From the IMG/VR virus record IMGVR_UViG_3300030060_005500: DNA of 64,000 bases, one strand, 5' to 3'. The notes beneath the pieces were generated by a model. It searched no databases. It was given only the letters and a program-made list of their open reading frames with translations, and was not told the origin of the DNA. Positions 29,757-39,695 of this stretch are shown here, one piece after another. Position 1 is the stretch's first letter, and the number at the start of each line of letters is the position of its first letter. This stretch comes from an uncultured virus (IMG/VR IMGVR_UViG_3300030060_005500). Taxonomy: Duplodnaviria > Heunggongvirae > Uroviricota > Caudoviricetes. A program made the translations under genes and the position numbers.

Positions 29757-30293
29757 TTAACAGTTATTAAATGATTTAGCTATTTCTCCTCCTACCTCTC
29801 CACCTTTATTAGCTCCAAACATTGTCACCCATCCAGCTGCCAACCATCCTACTATAGGGATTTGAGAAACTGTAGGTGCAGCTTTGGCACCAATAGATGC
29901 TCCAACTAATTTACCTGTGGATTCTCCAGAGCCTTCAGTTTTTATACAGGCTATTAGTTCATCTGATAATCCTTCTTCATTCCCTGATACTGATTTACCG
30001 AGCATCGTGTTCTCTTCATACAAATGTATGTTTTCTTCTTTATTACCAAATAATCCTTTGGGGGAAGATTTTTTAGAAGTGTTTATCAATATTGCGGGAT
30101 CGTTTGCTTTATAGGAAACAGTGTACCCTTTCTCAGTAGCAACTACTTTATATGAGGTGTAAGGACCCACTGGTAAATTCATAACAGGAAATTTGTTTCT
30201 TGTTATAACGTTTGTAATTAATCCAATATTAGATAAACCTAACAGGGAAACTAAAATTACCGTTCCCCATTTATTTTCAGGTCTTCGATACAT
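29757..30293 (-). CDS. Membrane protein with glycine-zipper C-terminus
   Basis: Likely start MYRRPENK (30293); YKANDP; GASIGA...IPIVGWLAAGW. Confidence 0.65.
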   Translation of the reverse strand: MYRRPENKWGTVILVSLLGLSNIGLITNVITRNKFPVMNLPVGPYTSYKVVATEKGYTVSYKANDPAILINTSKKSSPKGLFGNKEENIHLYEENTMLGKSVSGNEEGLSDELIACIKTEGSGESTGKLVGASIGAKAAPTVSQIPIVGWLAAGWVTMFGANKGGEVGGEIAKSFNNC

Positions 30294-30666
30294 TATTTTT
30301 AGCAGAGGCTTCTGTAACAATTTTAATAGGAGCCTGTTCGATACGCAAGATCTGAGTTGGTACTGAGGACATGGTATCGTTAGGCTTCCCGTCCGTCTTT
30401 TTCTTACCACCAGGAGTAACATTAAATGTTGCGAGACACCCTGTGAAGACCGAAGCGATGAATGTAATATCCTTAGGTGAATTATCTTTTGTCATCCCTG
30501 GGAAAGAGATGTAGTTCAAAGAAATTATGAAACCTGCCCACACCATAACGCCCAGCCTAATAAAGGTACCGAGAATGGCTAACTGCTCTTCTTTATCCTC
30601 AAGGCTTTCTTTTAGTTTAGAAAAGGGATTCCTTTTTGACTCTTCTTTATCTTTCGTAGCTTCCAT
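30277..30666 (-). CDS. Two-TM cyanophage membrane protein
   Basis: EEQLAILGTFIRLGVMVW...DITFIASVFTG. Confidence 0.65.
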   Translation of the reverse strand: MEATKDKEESKRNPFSKLKESLEDKEEQLAILGTFIRLGVMVWAGFIISLNYISFPGMTKDNSPKDITFIASVFTGCLATFNVTPGGKKKTDGKPNDTMSSVPTQILRIEQAPIKIVTEASAKNNVSKT

Positions 30667-30699
30667 CTATTAAGGTAATACTACTTTTAGTTTAAGCTA

Positions 30700-30870
30700 T
30701 TACTTCTTTGTAGTAGATAAGCCTAATCCTTTTTTTACTATGGCTAGAGCAGTATCATCTAATTCTGTTTCAGTAGACTCAACTAATTTTTCTAGTAAAT
30801 CCACCACCAACTTTTTAACTGGTTCTGATGTAGCAAACTTTATCAATATTGGTTTAATTAAAGCAATCAT
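30700..30870 (-). CDS. Small cyanophage protein (56 aa; missed by ORF track)
   Basis: MIALIKPILIKFATSEPVKKLVVDLLEKLVESTETELDD. Confidence 0.65.
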   Translation of the reverse strand: MIALIKPILIKFATSEPVKKLVVDLLEKLVESTETELDDTALAIVKKGLGLSTTKK

Positions 30871-30897
30871 TTTACTAAGTTTATTTGTTGTTCTATT

Positions 30898-31368
30898 CTA
30901 AGACCTTTTCCTATAAAAGAAAAATGATTTATGTTCTTCGGATATCACCCAAGGTATGTTCTCATGTGTTTTAAACCATTTTTTATAGATTCTAAATAGT
31001 TGATCTGCCTTAGCTCCCTCAGCTCTAAATACTAAACAATCCCCTTCTGGTATCTCTGCAATCCATTTTTTTGCAGCGTTTACAGCTATGCGTAAAGCTT
31101 TGACATCTCTTTTTTTAGGATAGAAATAATTTAACTTCTTTACTATCTTCCTTTTATTTCTTTCTTTTATCCAATCGTTTATAGCTCTATTGCTTTTAGA
31201 AGCTGCCATACTCACTAACCAAAGATATCCACCATTAGGAAATTTAGAAGGACGTGCCACTACTTTAAAAGCATCTCCATTAGATAACTTGTCTTTTATT
31301 GTTTTCTTTTTTCTACTGGTTCTATACGTCATATACCTTACATTGTGGCAAGTAAGGCATCTGTTCAC
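30898..31368 (-). CDS. Hypothetical basic protein
   Basis: 156-aa ORF. Confidence 0.5.
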   Translation of the reverse strand: MNRCLTCHNVRYMTYRTSRKKKTIKDKLSNGDAFKVVARPSKFPNGGYLWLVSMAASKSNRAINDWIKERNKRKIVKKLNYFYPKKRDVKALRIAVNAAKKWIAEIPEGDCLVFRAEGAKADQLFRIYKKWFKTHENIPWVISEEHKSFFFYRKRS

Positions 31369-31460
31369 AGTTCTTTTTAAATTTATCTGTTAAATTTTTG
31401 TCTTTAGTAGGTTTTGCTTTTTCATCCAATAATAAATTATAAAGTTTTCTAGAGTTCATT

Positions 31461-32189
31461 TTATTGTGTAGTAGTGTACTCAATTAAAAATTCAGGGAAC
31501 GGTTCGTTTGCTTGCCGTTCTCTCTCCCATGCTGCTTTCCACTCTGTTAATGAATGATCATGAGCGTCATCTCCTGTGAAGTTAGGAGTTGTATCACATA
31601 TGATGTCATCCTGTTCAGGAGTGTTTTCATAAATCAATCTGGAGAAGTCTTCCAAAAGTAGAACTGGGAATGGATCTGAGATCTCAATGACTATACCTAC
31701 AGCATAATCTATAGGTTCATTTCTGACACTAGATATACAAATCAAATATTCCCCCACTGGTAAAGCGAAGAATCTATCATCACCTTTATCTAATCTATTG
31801 GGGTCAAAGGTATTGAGAGTATCGGACTGAGCAGCATTTACATGTCCTCTGTATGGATATTGTCTTGAACCATCAGTAGCACTTATCTGATCTAAACTGT
31901 CTCTTTGAAATATTGTTCTACCCTCTATTGGATTTCTGTTTAGGTCGTAAGCAGAAATATTTATAAACTTAGGCTTCACCGATCCGTTAGCGATTATTAT
32001 CCAACCACTTTCATCTAATTTTATTTTGAACCAATGATTATAAGTGCCTCCACCATATCCTCCACTGTTTACTTTATAAGTTGGACCTAAATTTCCCCGT
32101 AAAAAACGAATAGAAGTTTGATTAAAACTCCCTATCTGTAAGGGGTCATTTACTGTTCTTTGTCTCTGCGTTATCTGGTTACGAGCCAT
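31461..32189 (-). CDS. Hypothetical protein
   Basis: 242-aa ORF. Confidence 0.6.
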   Translation of the reverse strand: MARNQITQRQRTVNDPLQIGSFNQTSIRFLRGNLGPTYKVNSGGYGGGTYNHWFKIKLDESGWIIIANGSVKPKFINISAYDLNRNPIEGRTIFQRDSLDQISATDGSRQYPYRGHVNAAQSDTLNTFDPNRLDKGDDRFFALPVGEYLICISSVRNEPIDYAVGIVIEISDPFPVLLLEDFSRLIYENTPEQDDIICDTTPNFTGDDAHDHSLTEWKAAWERERQANEPFPEFLIEYTTTQ

Positions 32190-32204
32190 TATCTATTTTA
32201 ATGC

Positions 32205-32876
32205 CTACCCTTCATCATAATCTGGAGCAACCTGCACATTTAAAGGATGTGCGATTGTAGCCTTATAAGAATCTTTAATTACTTCCTGATCTCTGTTTAA
32301 TATACGTGCTTTAGATATCCTCATTAACTTTTGAGCATCAAAATCTATATGGAAAGGAATTACTTTAGAAGGAGGATGTCCACAGTTCCAGCTGGAAATC
32401 ATATGTAAAGGATTACCGCACCATGGATTGCCACATAATCTGGTTACACTCATGGAACCGATATCTCCCCAGGCACATTGATAGATAGCTTTATGAGGAT
32501 TTACGTTTTCCGATTTCTGTCTACTGTAGAAAGTACGATACGAAGGAAAACAAACACGATTAGGACTTCTCTTGCCTGTTAGTTTCATATTCCAACATTC
32601 ATCAGGTTCTTTTATATCTATTTTCTTCCAGAGTTTATAATATTTATTTTTAAAATCATTACTCAGAAAGTTTAAATCAAAGCCACATATATTCGATTTA
32701 ATCTTAATTACACATTCATAACACCAATGATATTCTAGATCCCTTATTTCATGTCCATGGGGACATTGATAACCTCGATAATAACCATGCCTATGTAATT
32801 CAGAATCAGTTAATTTATCAATGCTTTTTACACATCTAAAGTTTGTAGTTTCAAAGGTTTTTATTACATTAGCCAT
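32205..32876 (-). CDS. His-Me finger (Zn-loop homing endonuclease-like) protein
   Basis: DECW...HKAIY...VTRLCGNPWCGNPLH; N-terminal CPHGH..CYEC. Confidence 0.65.
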   Translation of the reverse strand: MANVIKTFETTNFRCVKSIDKLTDSELHRHGYYRGYQCPHGHEIRDLEYHWCYECVIKIKSNICGFDLNFLSNDFKNKYYKLWKKIDIKEPDECWNMKLTGKRSPNRVCFPSYRTFYSRQKSENVNPHKAIYQCAWGDIGSMSVTRLCGNPWCGNPLHMISSWNCGHPPSKVIPFHIDFDAQKLMRISKARILNRDQEVIKDSYKATIAHPLNVQVAPDYDEG

Positions 32877-33220
32877 TACAATTTAAATCCTGAAGCCATA
32901 AGTTTTTTATTAGTAGGTGTCTTATAAGTCTCAATTAAAGGTGTCCTGTTATCTTTAGTTTCTCCTAGATGTTGTACGCTATGTGCATCAGGACAAACTC
33001 CCATCCTTAAGTAATAAACAATACGATGAACCATATACACTTCGTTATCAACGGAGACCATATAATATCCTGTAGATTTGTTTAACTTTCCTACTGGATC
33101 TCCTACATGATTACCTGCCTTATTTACCCTCCAAATTAATCCATTTGGACACTGATTAGACAGACTAAATAACTCATTCAACCGCCAAATCGGTGGCATT
33201 GGTTTATAATTTCTTGACAT
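32876..33220 (-). CDS. HNH_3-like endonuclease homologue
   Basis: GLIWR...GYYMV...YMVHRIVYYL...VQH...DNR. Confidence 0.65.
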   Translation of the reverse strand: MSRNYKPMPPIWRLNELFSLSNQCPNGLIWRVNKAGNHVGDPVGKLNKSTGYYMVSVDNEVYMVHRIVYYLRMGVCPDAHSVQHLGETKDNRTPLIETYKTPTNKKLMASGFKL

Positions 33221-33410
33221 AAAACTGAGAATGGAATAAATTTCTTTTTGATTTTAACTTAAATAACAATTTGTCAATAGTGTAATGTTTATTCTTTGTT
33301 ATTTACTATCTTATGAGTCTATTAATAGACCTTACATTTTGTTCTAATATGTTATTTAGCTCATAAGGAAAGTAATAAGATTTCATTCTTAGTTTTGACG
33401 AAAAAATGTA

Positions 33411-33449
33411 ATAAAAAGAAACTCCCCCAGCTGTGATAGCAAGGGGAGT
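33411..33449 (-). terminator. Rho-independent terminator
   Basis: Minus strand ACTCCCC...GGGGAGT then TTCTTTTT. Confidence 0.8.
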
Positions 33450-33495
33450 AACGGTTTAGCTTTCAATGAACCTATGGCCGAGGGGACCCAATCCC

Positions 33496-33933
33496 TCAAC
33501 TAGATAATAACGTCCTACCATAGTCGTCTTCAAGTCTTTGTATATCTTCTTCATACAATTCTTTACCTTGTTGTAATTCCATGATAATTAGATCACCTTT
33601 CATTGCTTTTGCACGGTGCCAAGTATCAACATTTATCCTAAATACGTTTCCAGGATATGCGAGATGCCACATCTCATTACAATATACAGAACCGAAACCC
33701 GAAGCTATTGTCCATACTTCCCAACGATGATGGTGTCTTTGTAAACTTATTCGATTACCTTCATTTATGCAAAGTGTCTTTATCTTGAAGTTTTCTCCTT
33801 CCATTATATTTTGATACCAACCCCAAGGTCTATACACTTTCGGATGATAATTATTACTTTCTTCTTCTAATAATCGGTGGTTTTGACAACAATTACAATT
33901 GCAATCCTCCTCATTAACATGATCATTAGTCAT
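33496..33933 (-). CDS. Mannose-6-phosphate isomerase type II (cupin)
   Basis: RPWGWY, ISLQRHHHRWEVW, ELQQG..EEDIQRLEDDYGR. Confidence 0.88.
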   Translation of the reverse strand: MTNDHVNEEDCNCNCCQNHRLLEEESNNYHPKVYRPWGWYQNIMEGENFKIKTLCINEGNRISLQRHHHRWEVWTIASGFGSVYCNEMWHLAYPGNVFRINVDTWHRAKAMKGDLIIMELQQGKELYEEDIQRLEDDYGRTLLSS

Positions 33934-33967
33934 GATAATTACCTCTAAAACTTTATTCTAATTAATT

Positions 33968-35233
33968 CTATTTCTTAGATCCTATCTGTCTAGCCTTTCT
34001 TCTCTTTCTTGGCTTAATTTTTTCTTTAGTTTCTACAACAGAATGATCTACGCCGTTCAACGCATCTTGGAACACACCGCCAAACTGTGATGCTATATTT
34101 TTCCAGTGAAATTGAGGGTCCGTAGCTCTTATGTAGCAGAGTTCTGCTGTTGCTTTTGTTTTTTCTCTGTCTTCGTACAGTTGATTAAGGATACTTGTAA
34201 GGTGAGTAGCATCTGGGCAAGGCATTTCCCGAGCAAAAGTGGTGTCGACATCAACATGATTACAGTCTATAAGTTGGCCATAGCCCTCGAATATCTCCTT
34301 ACAGGAAGTGTGGTTAGGAACTACTTGGGCAACCTTGCATGCAGCATGTTCAAAGTTAACCAGGCCCCAGCCCTCACCTTTGCATGTATTCACTCCCACG
34401 TCGCATACATTATATATAGTATTCAACATGTCTACTGAAACATTAGGAGGATCTTGAGTATTCGTGGTCATTATTATTCTCCCATTAGGATCTAATCCTC
34501 GCTTACGCATTTCCCTACTAAATAAGGGCATGATGTCCCAACCTTGGTCTTTTAGCCCCATATGTAGGTACAATCTGGTGTTCGGTTTCCCGACCGCAAA
34601 CTGGGCAAAAGCATCGCAGGTTATGTCTATTCTCTTACGGAACTGGTTTCTATTCCCATTAAATACAATAAATAGATCATCATCCAGTTTAAGTTTCTTT
34701 CTAGCTTCCTTCTTATCTATTGGATAAAACTGACCCTCAGTCACTCCATGGGGAATGACGGCAATAGGTTTTGTGATGCCAGCTTTTATAAACTCTCTAG
34801 CACCGAACTCGGTATATGAAACAATCCCATCCCAATCATTAGCGGTATCTGTCAGACAACCTGTCCAGTTATAAGAATCCATCGGTACATAGCCAACGAA
34901 TTTAAACCTTTTATCCTTGTGCATATCCTGTATCTGTTTATATTGCTCATTCACAATCCACATATCATTGATGGTGAATATAATATCGGGTTCAACCTTT
35001 GCTGTTATTTCTCTAATACGTTCTTCTCCGAAGGGAGCAGTCTGGAAACGATTAGAGGAGGGATACATAGTATAAACCTGCTGTAACGGAGAGGGATCTC
35101 CCCACCAATTGTTTCCTAATACCGTTATATCAAAGTCATCTTTAAGAAATGGTAATACGTTTTCCGTTACTCTTGCAAATCCTGTTTTAGCTACTATATC
35201 CCCTATCCATAAAAGCTTAGGTTTTTTATTCAT
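33968..35233 (-). CDS. Glycosyltransferase family 4
   Basis: TGFARVT, NRNQFRKRID, GEGWGLVNFE. Confidence 0.88.
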   Translation of the reverse strand: MNKKPKLLWIGDIVAKTGFARVTENVLPFLKDDFDITVLGNNWWGDPSPLQQVYTMYPSSNRFQTAPFGEERIREITAKVEPDIIFTINDMWIVNEQYKQIQDMHKDKRFKFVGYVPMDSYNWTGCLTDTANDWDGIVSYTEFGAREFIKAGITKPIAVIPHGVTEGQFYPIDKKEARKKLKLDDDLFIVFNGNRNQFRKRIDITCDAFAQFAVGKPNTRLYLHMGLKDQGWDIMPLFSREMRKRGLDPNGRIIMTTNTQDPPNVSVDMLNTIYNVCDVGVNTCKGEGWGLVNFEHAACKVAQVVPNHTSCKEIFEGYGQLIDCNHVDVDTTFAREMPCPDATHLTSILNQLYEDREKTKATAELCYIRATDPQFHWKNIASQFGGVFQDALNGVDHSVVETKEKIKPRKRRKARQIGSKK

Positions 35234-35608
35234 TTAAGATCTGTATTCTTCCTTAAATATACACAATTTTGGAGCACGATCCAATGTTCTTTCTAAACGA
35301 GATTTAGCCCCTAACGCTATAAACAAATGATCGGCAATTCCCTGTGGTCTTGAGAAGTCTCCGCATGTATAAAAATCTACCGCACAGTAATTATGTTCAG
35401 GCCAAGTGTGTATTGAAGCATGCGATTCTGCCAACAAAGCTAACAACGTAACTCCCTGAGGTTCAAATTTATTACCTATAACATTTAATACGGTTGCATT
35501 ACATATACACAAGGTATCTTCAAAGATATACTTTAATTTTTCATAATCATTTAATAAATCTGCCTCACATCCATAGAGGTCTAGTATCAGGTGTTTCCCT
35601 GGTTCCAT
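35234..35608 (-). CDS. speD: S-adenosylmethionine decarboxylase
   Basis: GKHLILDLYGC, FEPQGVT..LLAESHASIHTWPE...VDFYTCG. Confidence 0.95.
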   Translation of the reverse strand: MEPGKHLILDLYGCEADLLNDYEKLKYIFEDTLCICNATVLNVIGNKFEPQGVTLLALLAESHASIHTWPEHNYCAVDFYTCGDFSRPQGIADHLFIALGAKSRLERTLDRAPKLCIFKEEYRS

Positions 35609-38220
35609 TAAGATGCCTGTGCCGGTGTATCTAGAATACTCCCATATTGCTCTTTCCACTTTTCTTTGTCTAGACCGACCTCGATTATTGAAGGATACTT
35701 AAGATATTTTTGGTCAGACATACGACAAGCAATGTTTATCACCCTAACTCCACGCCGTTCTTTCATCTTATATACATTGAGTCCCAGTTGATGGACACAT
35801 ACATCAATCAATAGTGTCTCGAATCTACTTCTACCTAATATATTACTGTTCGAAGCTTTGGAGAACTCACAGTAACTGGCATATAGCCATTTGTCATGTG
35901 CCATGTAAACGTTTGAAGATCCAGCTGCAGCAGATTTTGCTAATCCTATGGGTGCAGAAGCATTCTCATCGAACACCAAACAATGCTCCATCCAATCCAT
36001 TATCTGATTAGATTTAAGTATCTGTTCTCTATTGTGTTTTGCAAAGAAATCTACCTTCTGAGTTGTCTCCATTAGGTACTCTCTCATCTCTGCTTCAGAC
36101 ATATCCAGAACCCAGTTTACAAGACCAGCTAACATACCGGAGAAGTCCCCAAATGGCCTTCCTTTGTCGTCCATATCTATTAGGGTTCGTTGGTCTGCAG
36201 ACTTGCCTAGGAAGGGCTTATCGAAGGGTATGGTTAAACGTCTACGGGCTAATCCAGAAGTGGGATCAGTGGTCTGTATGGGCTCATTGGCAGTGATCAT
36301 TACCAAGCCATTAAACTTGAATGGTTTTTGTGATCCTGACTGAAATTTTCTCTCATGTCTTATTAAATCTCTACCTGTTATTGCCTTTAATACAGATACA
36401 GAACCACCATATCTTTCTACGTCATTGAAGAGTAATAACTTTTTCTTATATAAGTTAGCGGTTTCAAAACGATTTTTCTCCAAATGCTCTAATGAGGAGA
36501 TCATTGCATTATCATCACCTACCAACGCATGTGCCAAGTTAGCGTAGGTAGATTTTCCTGACTTACCTGGCCCTACTATCTCTACAAATTTCTGTATGTC
36601 TGAGTGACTCAACAGTACAGCTCGTAGCCAAGCTCTCAATACCTGTACCCTATCCCAATTGCCATCTTGCACTCTTTTCAACCATTTAACAATAGGTTCG
36701 CAGGTAGATTCTGGGGCATAGTTGTAAGGAAGCTGTTGAGTGAAGTGCATCTCTCTATCGAAAGGTAGCAGCTCTTTGGTAGCTATGCAGAGTATTCCGT
36801 TTTTAAATAGGAGATGTTTATTATCTTCATACCAATCATCAAATATTTCAGAGATTCTGAGCTGCTCTACCAAGTCATTAACGAGATTCATGCTGTAACC
36901 ACTTGGTAACAAATGATCCTTCACTATGTCTAATCGGCGTTTTACCTCTCCTTTCATCTCTATATCAGACAAACCAGACCATAAGCCTTTACTTTTATGC
37001 TCATATATAAAGAAGCAGTTTTGATTCTGGCTGTACTTTAGATTTCCTTTATATGTCTGCAATATTATTTGAGCTATCAAATCTGAAGAGGGATTCCTTG
37101 GTTTCTGATCACGTCCTCTGGGAGATAGAGGAGCTGCTGCCATTTCTAATTTGGGCATTATAGGAGTAGCTGCTGTCATTTTCACTTTCTTTCTAGGGGT
37201 ACTTGGGGTTCCTTTGTTCGTATTATTCTGTACTTCTTTCAATCTTTTTTCATCCTCTTCCAGTTGATTATCATCAACACTCATACTCTTATAGTCTTCC
37301 GATGGCTTCCATCCATGCTCTTTGGCTATATGTATTAAAGAGCCAATTCCACGACCTCCTCCTTTACTAAAAGATAACCAGCGTTTTTGACAATCCCCTT
37401 TCCTATATTTATCGGATTGCTGTGACCATTTATCCCATTCATCCAATAAGGAGTCATCCAAAGAATGAAGTGATTGTCCAATCGTAATCCAGATATCGTA
37501 GTCATCAGTAGCCTCTGGAGGCAAAGCCCACATAGCTTCTGTCGCTAATTGCATATCTCGCTCTAAGTTTATTCTAGCGTTTAAAGCGAAACCAGGACCA
37601 ACAATTCTGGTATGAACATTTGCCGGTATACCCTGTTTAGCATTCTTATTTATGATGGCATTCATCAGCCATTCAGGTAGATCCGGTAACTTATTTACAT
37701 ATTCAAACCCCTGATTTTCAGCAGTGTAATAGCCTTGTGTATCTGGGTGTAGACCCATCAATACTCCTTGGTGCTTACTCCATAGAATCTCCAGTTTTTC
37801 TTTAGGAGCATCTGCATGCCAAGTATATTTATTACGTATGAAATGCTTATGTTGTTCTCTCTTCAGCTGGTATAGTTTACGCTCCCGTCCTTCCTTACCA
37901 CTGCATATGGTTAAGGTATCAGGTAATGCCTTATCAAGTGGTAATTCGCATAGATCCTGTATTGCCTTGTATACAGTTGGTCCATCAATATCAACCCAGA
38001 CCAATCCATAGGGGTGATTATAAACAGGACCACCCAGTAATCCAATTGCCTTACATTCTCCTGTAGTTAATTCATCTTCGATATCTCTTACACTGAAAGG
38101 TTGATTCTGCCATCCTTTTACATAAGGGTCTTTATTCTTACCTAGCGGAGTCAGAGGCCAGTCAATAGGTATCCATGAAAGATTAAACTGTCCAGGTTTT
38201 AGATTCTTTTTATCGGTCAT
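35608..38220 (-). CDS. Prim-Pol/PriCT-2 primase fused to D5-like SF3 helicase
   Basis: WVDID, DDYDIWITIGQSLH...WDKWS, Walker A GPGKSGKST, ITANE. Confidence 0.92.
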   Translation of the reverse strand: MTDKKNLKPGQFNLSWIPIDWPLTPLGKNKDPYVKGWQNQPFSVRDIEDELTTGECKAIGLLGGPVYNHPYGLVWVDIDGPTVYKAIQDLCELPLDKALPDTLTICSGKEGRERKLYQLKREQHKHFIRNKYTWHADAPKEKLEILWSKHQGVLMGLHPDTQGYYTAENQGFEYVNKLPDLPEWLMNAIINKNAKQGIPANVHTRIVGPGFALNARINLERDMQLATEAMWALPPEATDDYDIWITIGQSLHSLDDSLLDEWDKWSQQSDKYRKGDCQKRWLSFSKGGGRGIGSLIHIAKEHGWKPSEDYKSMSVDDNQLEEDEKRLKEVQNNTNKGTPSTPRKKVKMTAATPIMPKLEMAAAPLSPRGRDQKPRNPSSDLIAQIILQTYKGNLKYSQNQNCFFIYEHKSKGLWSGLSDIEMKGEVKRRLDIVKDHLLPSGYSMNLVNDLVEQLRISEIFDDWYEDNKHLLFKNGILCIATKELLPFDREMHFTQQLPYNYAPESTCEPIVKWLKRVQDGNWDRVQVLRAWLRAVLLSHSDIQKFVEIVGPGKSGKSTYANLAHALVGDDNAMISSLEHLEKNRFETANLYKKKLLLFNDVERYGGSVSVLKAITGRDLIRHERKFQSGSQKPFKFNGLVMITANEPIQTTDPTSGLARRRLTIPFDKPFLGKSADQRTLIDMDDKGRPFGDFSGMLAGLVNWVLDMSEAEMREYLMETTQKVDFFAKHNREQILKSNQIMDWMEHCLVFDENASAPIGLAKSAAAGSSNVYMAHDKWLYASYCEFSKASNSNILGRSRFETLLIDVCVHQLGLNVYKMKERRGVRVINIACRMSDQKYLKYPSIIEVGLDKEKWKEQYGSILDTPAQAS

Positions 38221-38339
38221 CTTTAGATTTTAGGATGATCTGAATTGAAAAGGCAGGGGTAGCACAATAAGATACAACGGCTATACCACTTCTTCTACCT
38301 TGTATAGCATCTTCTTCCATGCGAAGCATCCTAGGTGTT

Positions 38340-38513
38340 TTAGATTCCATTGATTTTGTAGTTGAAGTGTTTATTTGGGAACTGAGGTTCCAATAGTTGA
38401 AATGCGTGAAGATGCATTACGGTGGGAAGACAGAAACAGTCTCCATCGGACGCTTTTTTCATACGTTCATTGAGGCCATTCATCCACTCACCGATAGAAA
38501 TTGAGATGTCCAT
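38340..38513 (-). CDS. Hypothetical protein (57 aa; missed by ORF track)
   Basis: MDISISIGEWMNGLNERMKK...CFCLPTVMHLHAF. Confidence 0.5.
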   Translation of the reverse strand: MDISISIGEWMNGLNERMKKASDGDCFCLPTVMHLHAFQLLEPQFPNKHFNYKINGI

Positions 38514-38629
38514 CGGCAGTTATTTATCTGTGTATTTATAATCCTATCTCTTCTTTACCGAGAAAACAATTACATTAACCTTGCAAATTATTAAGCTTAA
38601 ATGTCAAGATTTTTAAGAAATTATTAAGT

Positions 38630-39433
38630 TTAAATATCACATTCCTCTATCTGTTTGTAATATTCTTCTACGATTTTATGCCAGTCTTCTTTTAGACGGT
38701 TAAGGTATCCTCTTGATATTTTAAAAATCTGAGTACGCTCTGGAGTTGATACTAATATAGCTGCTTGTTGTATCTTTAATCCTAAAGTTTGTTCTATCGC
38801 AATGTCATATGCCGCAAGCTGTTTGCATGTTTTCTTAAATTTCATATAACCACCTAATAAGTTTCTCCATTCTGTCGTTCCTTTCTCGTAATCTTTAGGC
38901 CATCTACGGCTGTAAGGTTTCACACTAGTTTTTAAATCAGCAAGTGTAAGTTTATTATTTGCTACTGCAATTATGTCTGGTGCTCCTGCCCAAGCTCTTC
39001 CTTTACTATCTGCTCCCCATACACGAGCTATGTCATCAGAACCTAACGTAAATTTAAATCTATCTAGCACTGGAGATTCTGCCCATAAAACTTCACTGAA
39101 CTGGTCTAATATTTTGGGCATTCCTGCCCAGAAATCATGGTATTCCTCGTCTATCTCAGGGTTTTTATTACCTTTTAAGTACTGCTCCATGCCGTAATGT
39201 ATCGCGGTTCCTCTTTCAGCAGCCTTTTCTTTTACACCTGGATTATTCTTAGACCACATCTCTAACTTTCTTTTGTTCTGTTCCGATGCAGTCTGTGAAA
39301 TTATTGTAGTAACTGAAGGTGCTGGTCCTGTCGGTAATGGTGTGGTGTAATGTCTTTTTCCTTCGAGGGTAATTCTACATGGATTCTTATTAATTTCTTC
39401 TAAAGAATTAACGTCTAAATTGTTATTTAGCAT
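38630..39433 (-). CDS. PD-(D/E)XK exonuclease
   Basis: PSVTTII, RGTAIH, AGAPD...LADLKTS, QLAAY. Confidence 0.88.
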   Translation of the reverse strand: MLNNNLDVNSLEEINKNPCRITLEGKRHYTTPLPTGPAPSVTTIISQTASEQNKRKLEMWSKNNPGVKEKAAERGTAIHYGMEQYLKGNKNPEIDEEYHDFWAGMPKILDQFSEVLWAESPVLDRFKFTLGSDDIARVWGADSKGRAWAGAPDIIAVANNKLTLADLKTSVKPYSRRWPKDYEKGTTEWRNLLGGYMKFKKTCKQLAAYDIAIEQTLGLKIQQAAILVSTPERTQIFKISRGYLNRLKEDWHKIVEEYYKQIEECDI

Positions 39434-39542
39434 TAAATATTTGTGTCTTAATTATAATTTATCAGAACAATTACAAAAAAGGTAATATTTTTTGCCTCTA
39501 ATTTGAGTTATTGGTATGCTTTAATTAAGTGTTATTAAATAT

Positions 39543-39695
39543 ATGTCTTCTGCAAAAGTTCGATTTTATTATGGTGAACAAATTGGGGAGAAGTTTAAAG
39601 GTTTTGCATATGATGATTACCCTTGTGAAACGGCAGATTCTCATGAGCTTAAATTAAAACAAGAAAATATAGATTACGTAAGGATAGAGTTATGA
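39543..39695 (+). CDS. Hypothetical protein (50 aa)
   Basis: ATG 39543; ATGA coupling with next gene. Confidence 0.45.
   Translation: MSSAKVRFYYGEQIGEKFKGFAYDDYPCETADSHELKLKQENIDYVRIEL

Noticed and set aside
33221..33410. AT-rich gap as replication origin
   Set aside because: No clear iterons or other support visible
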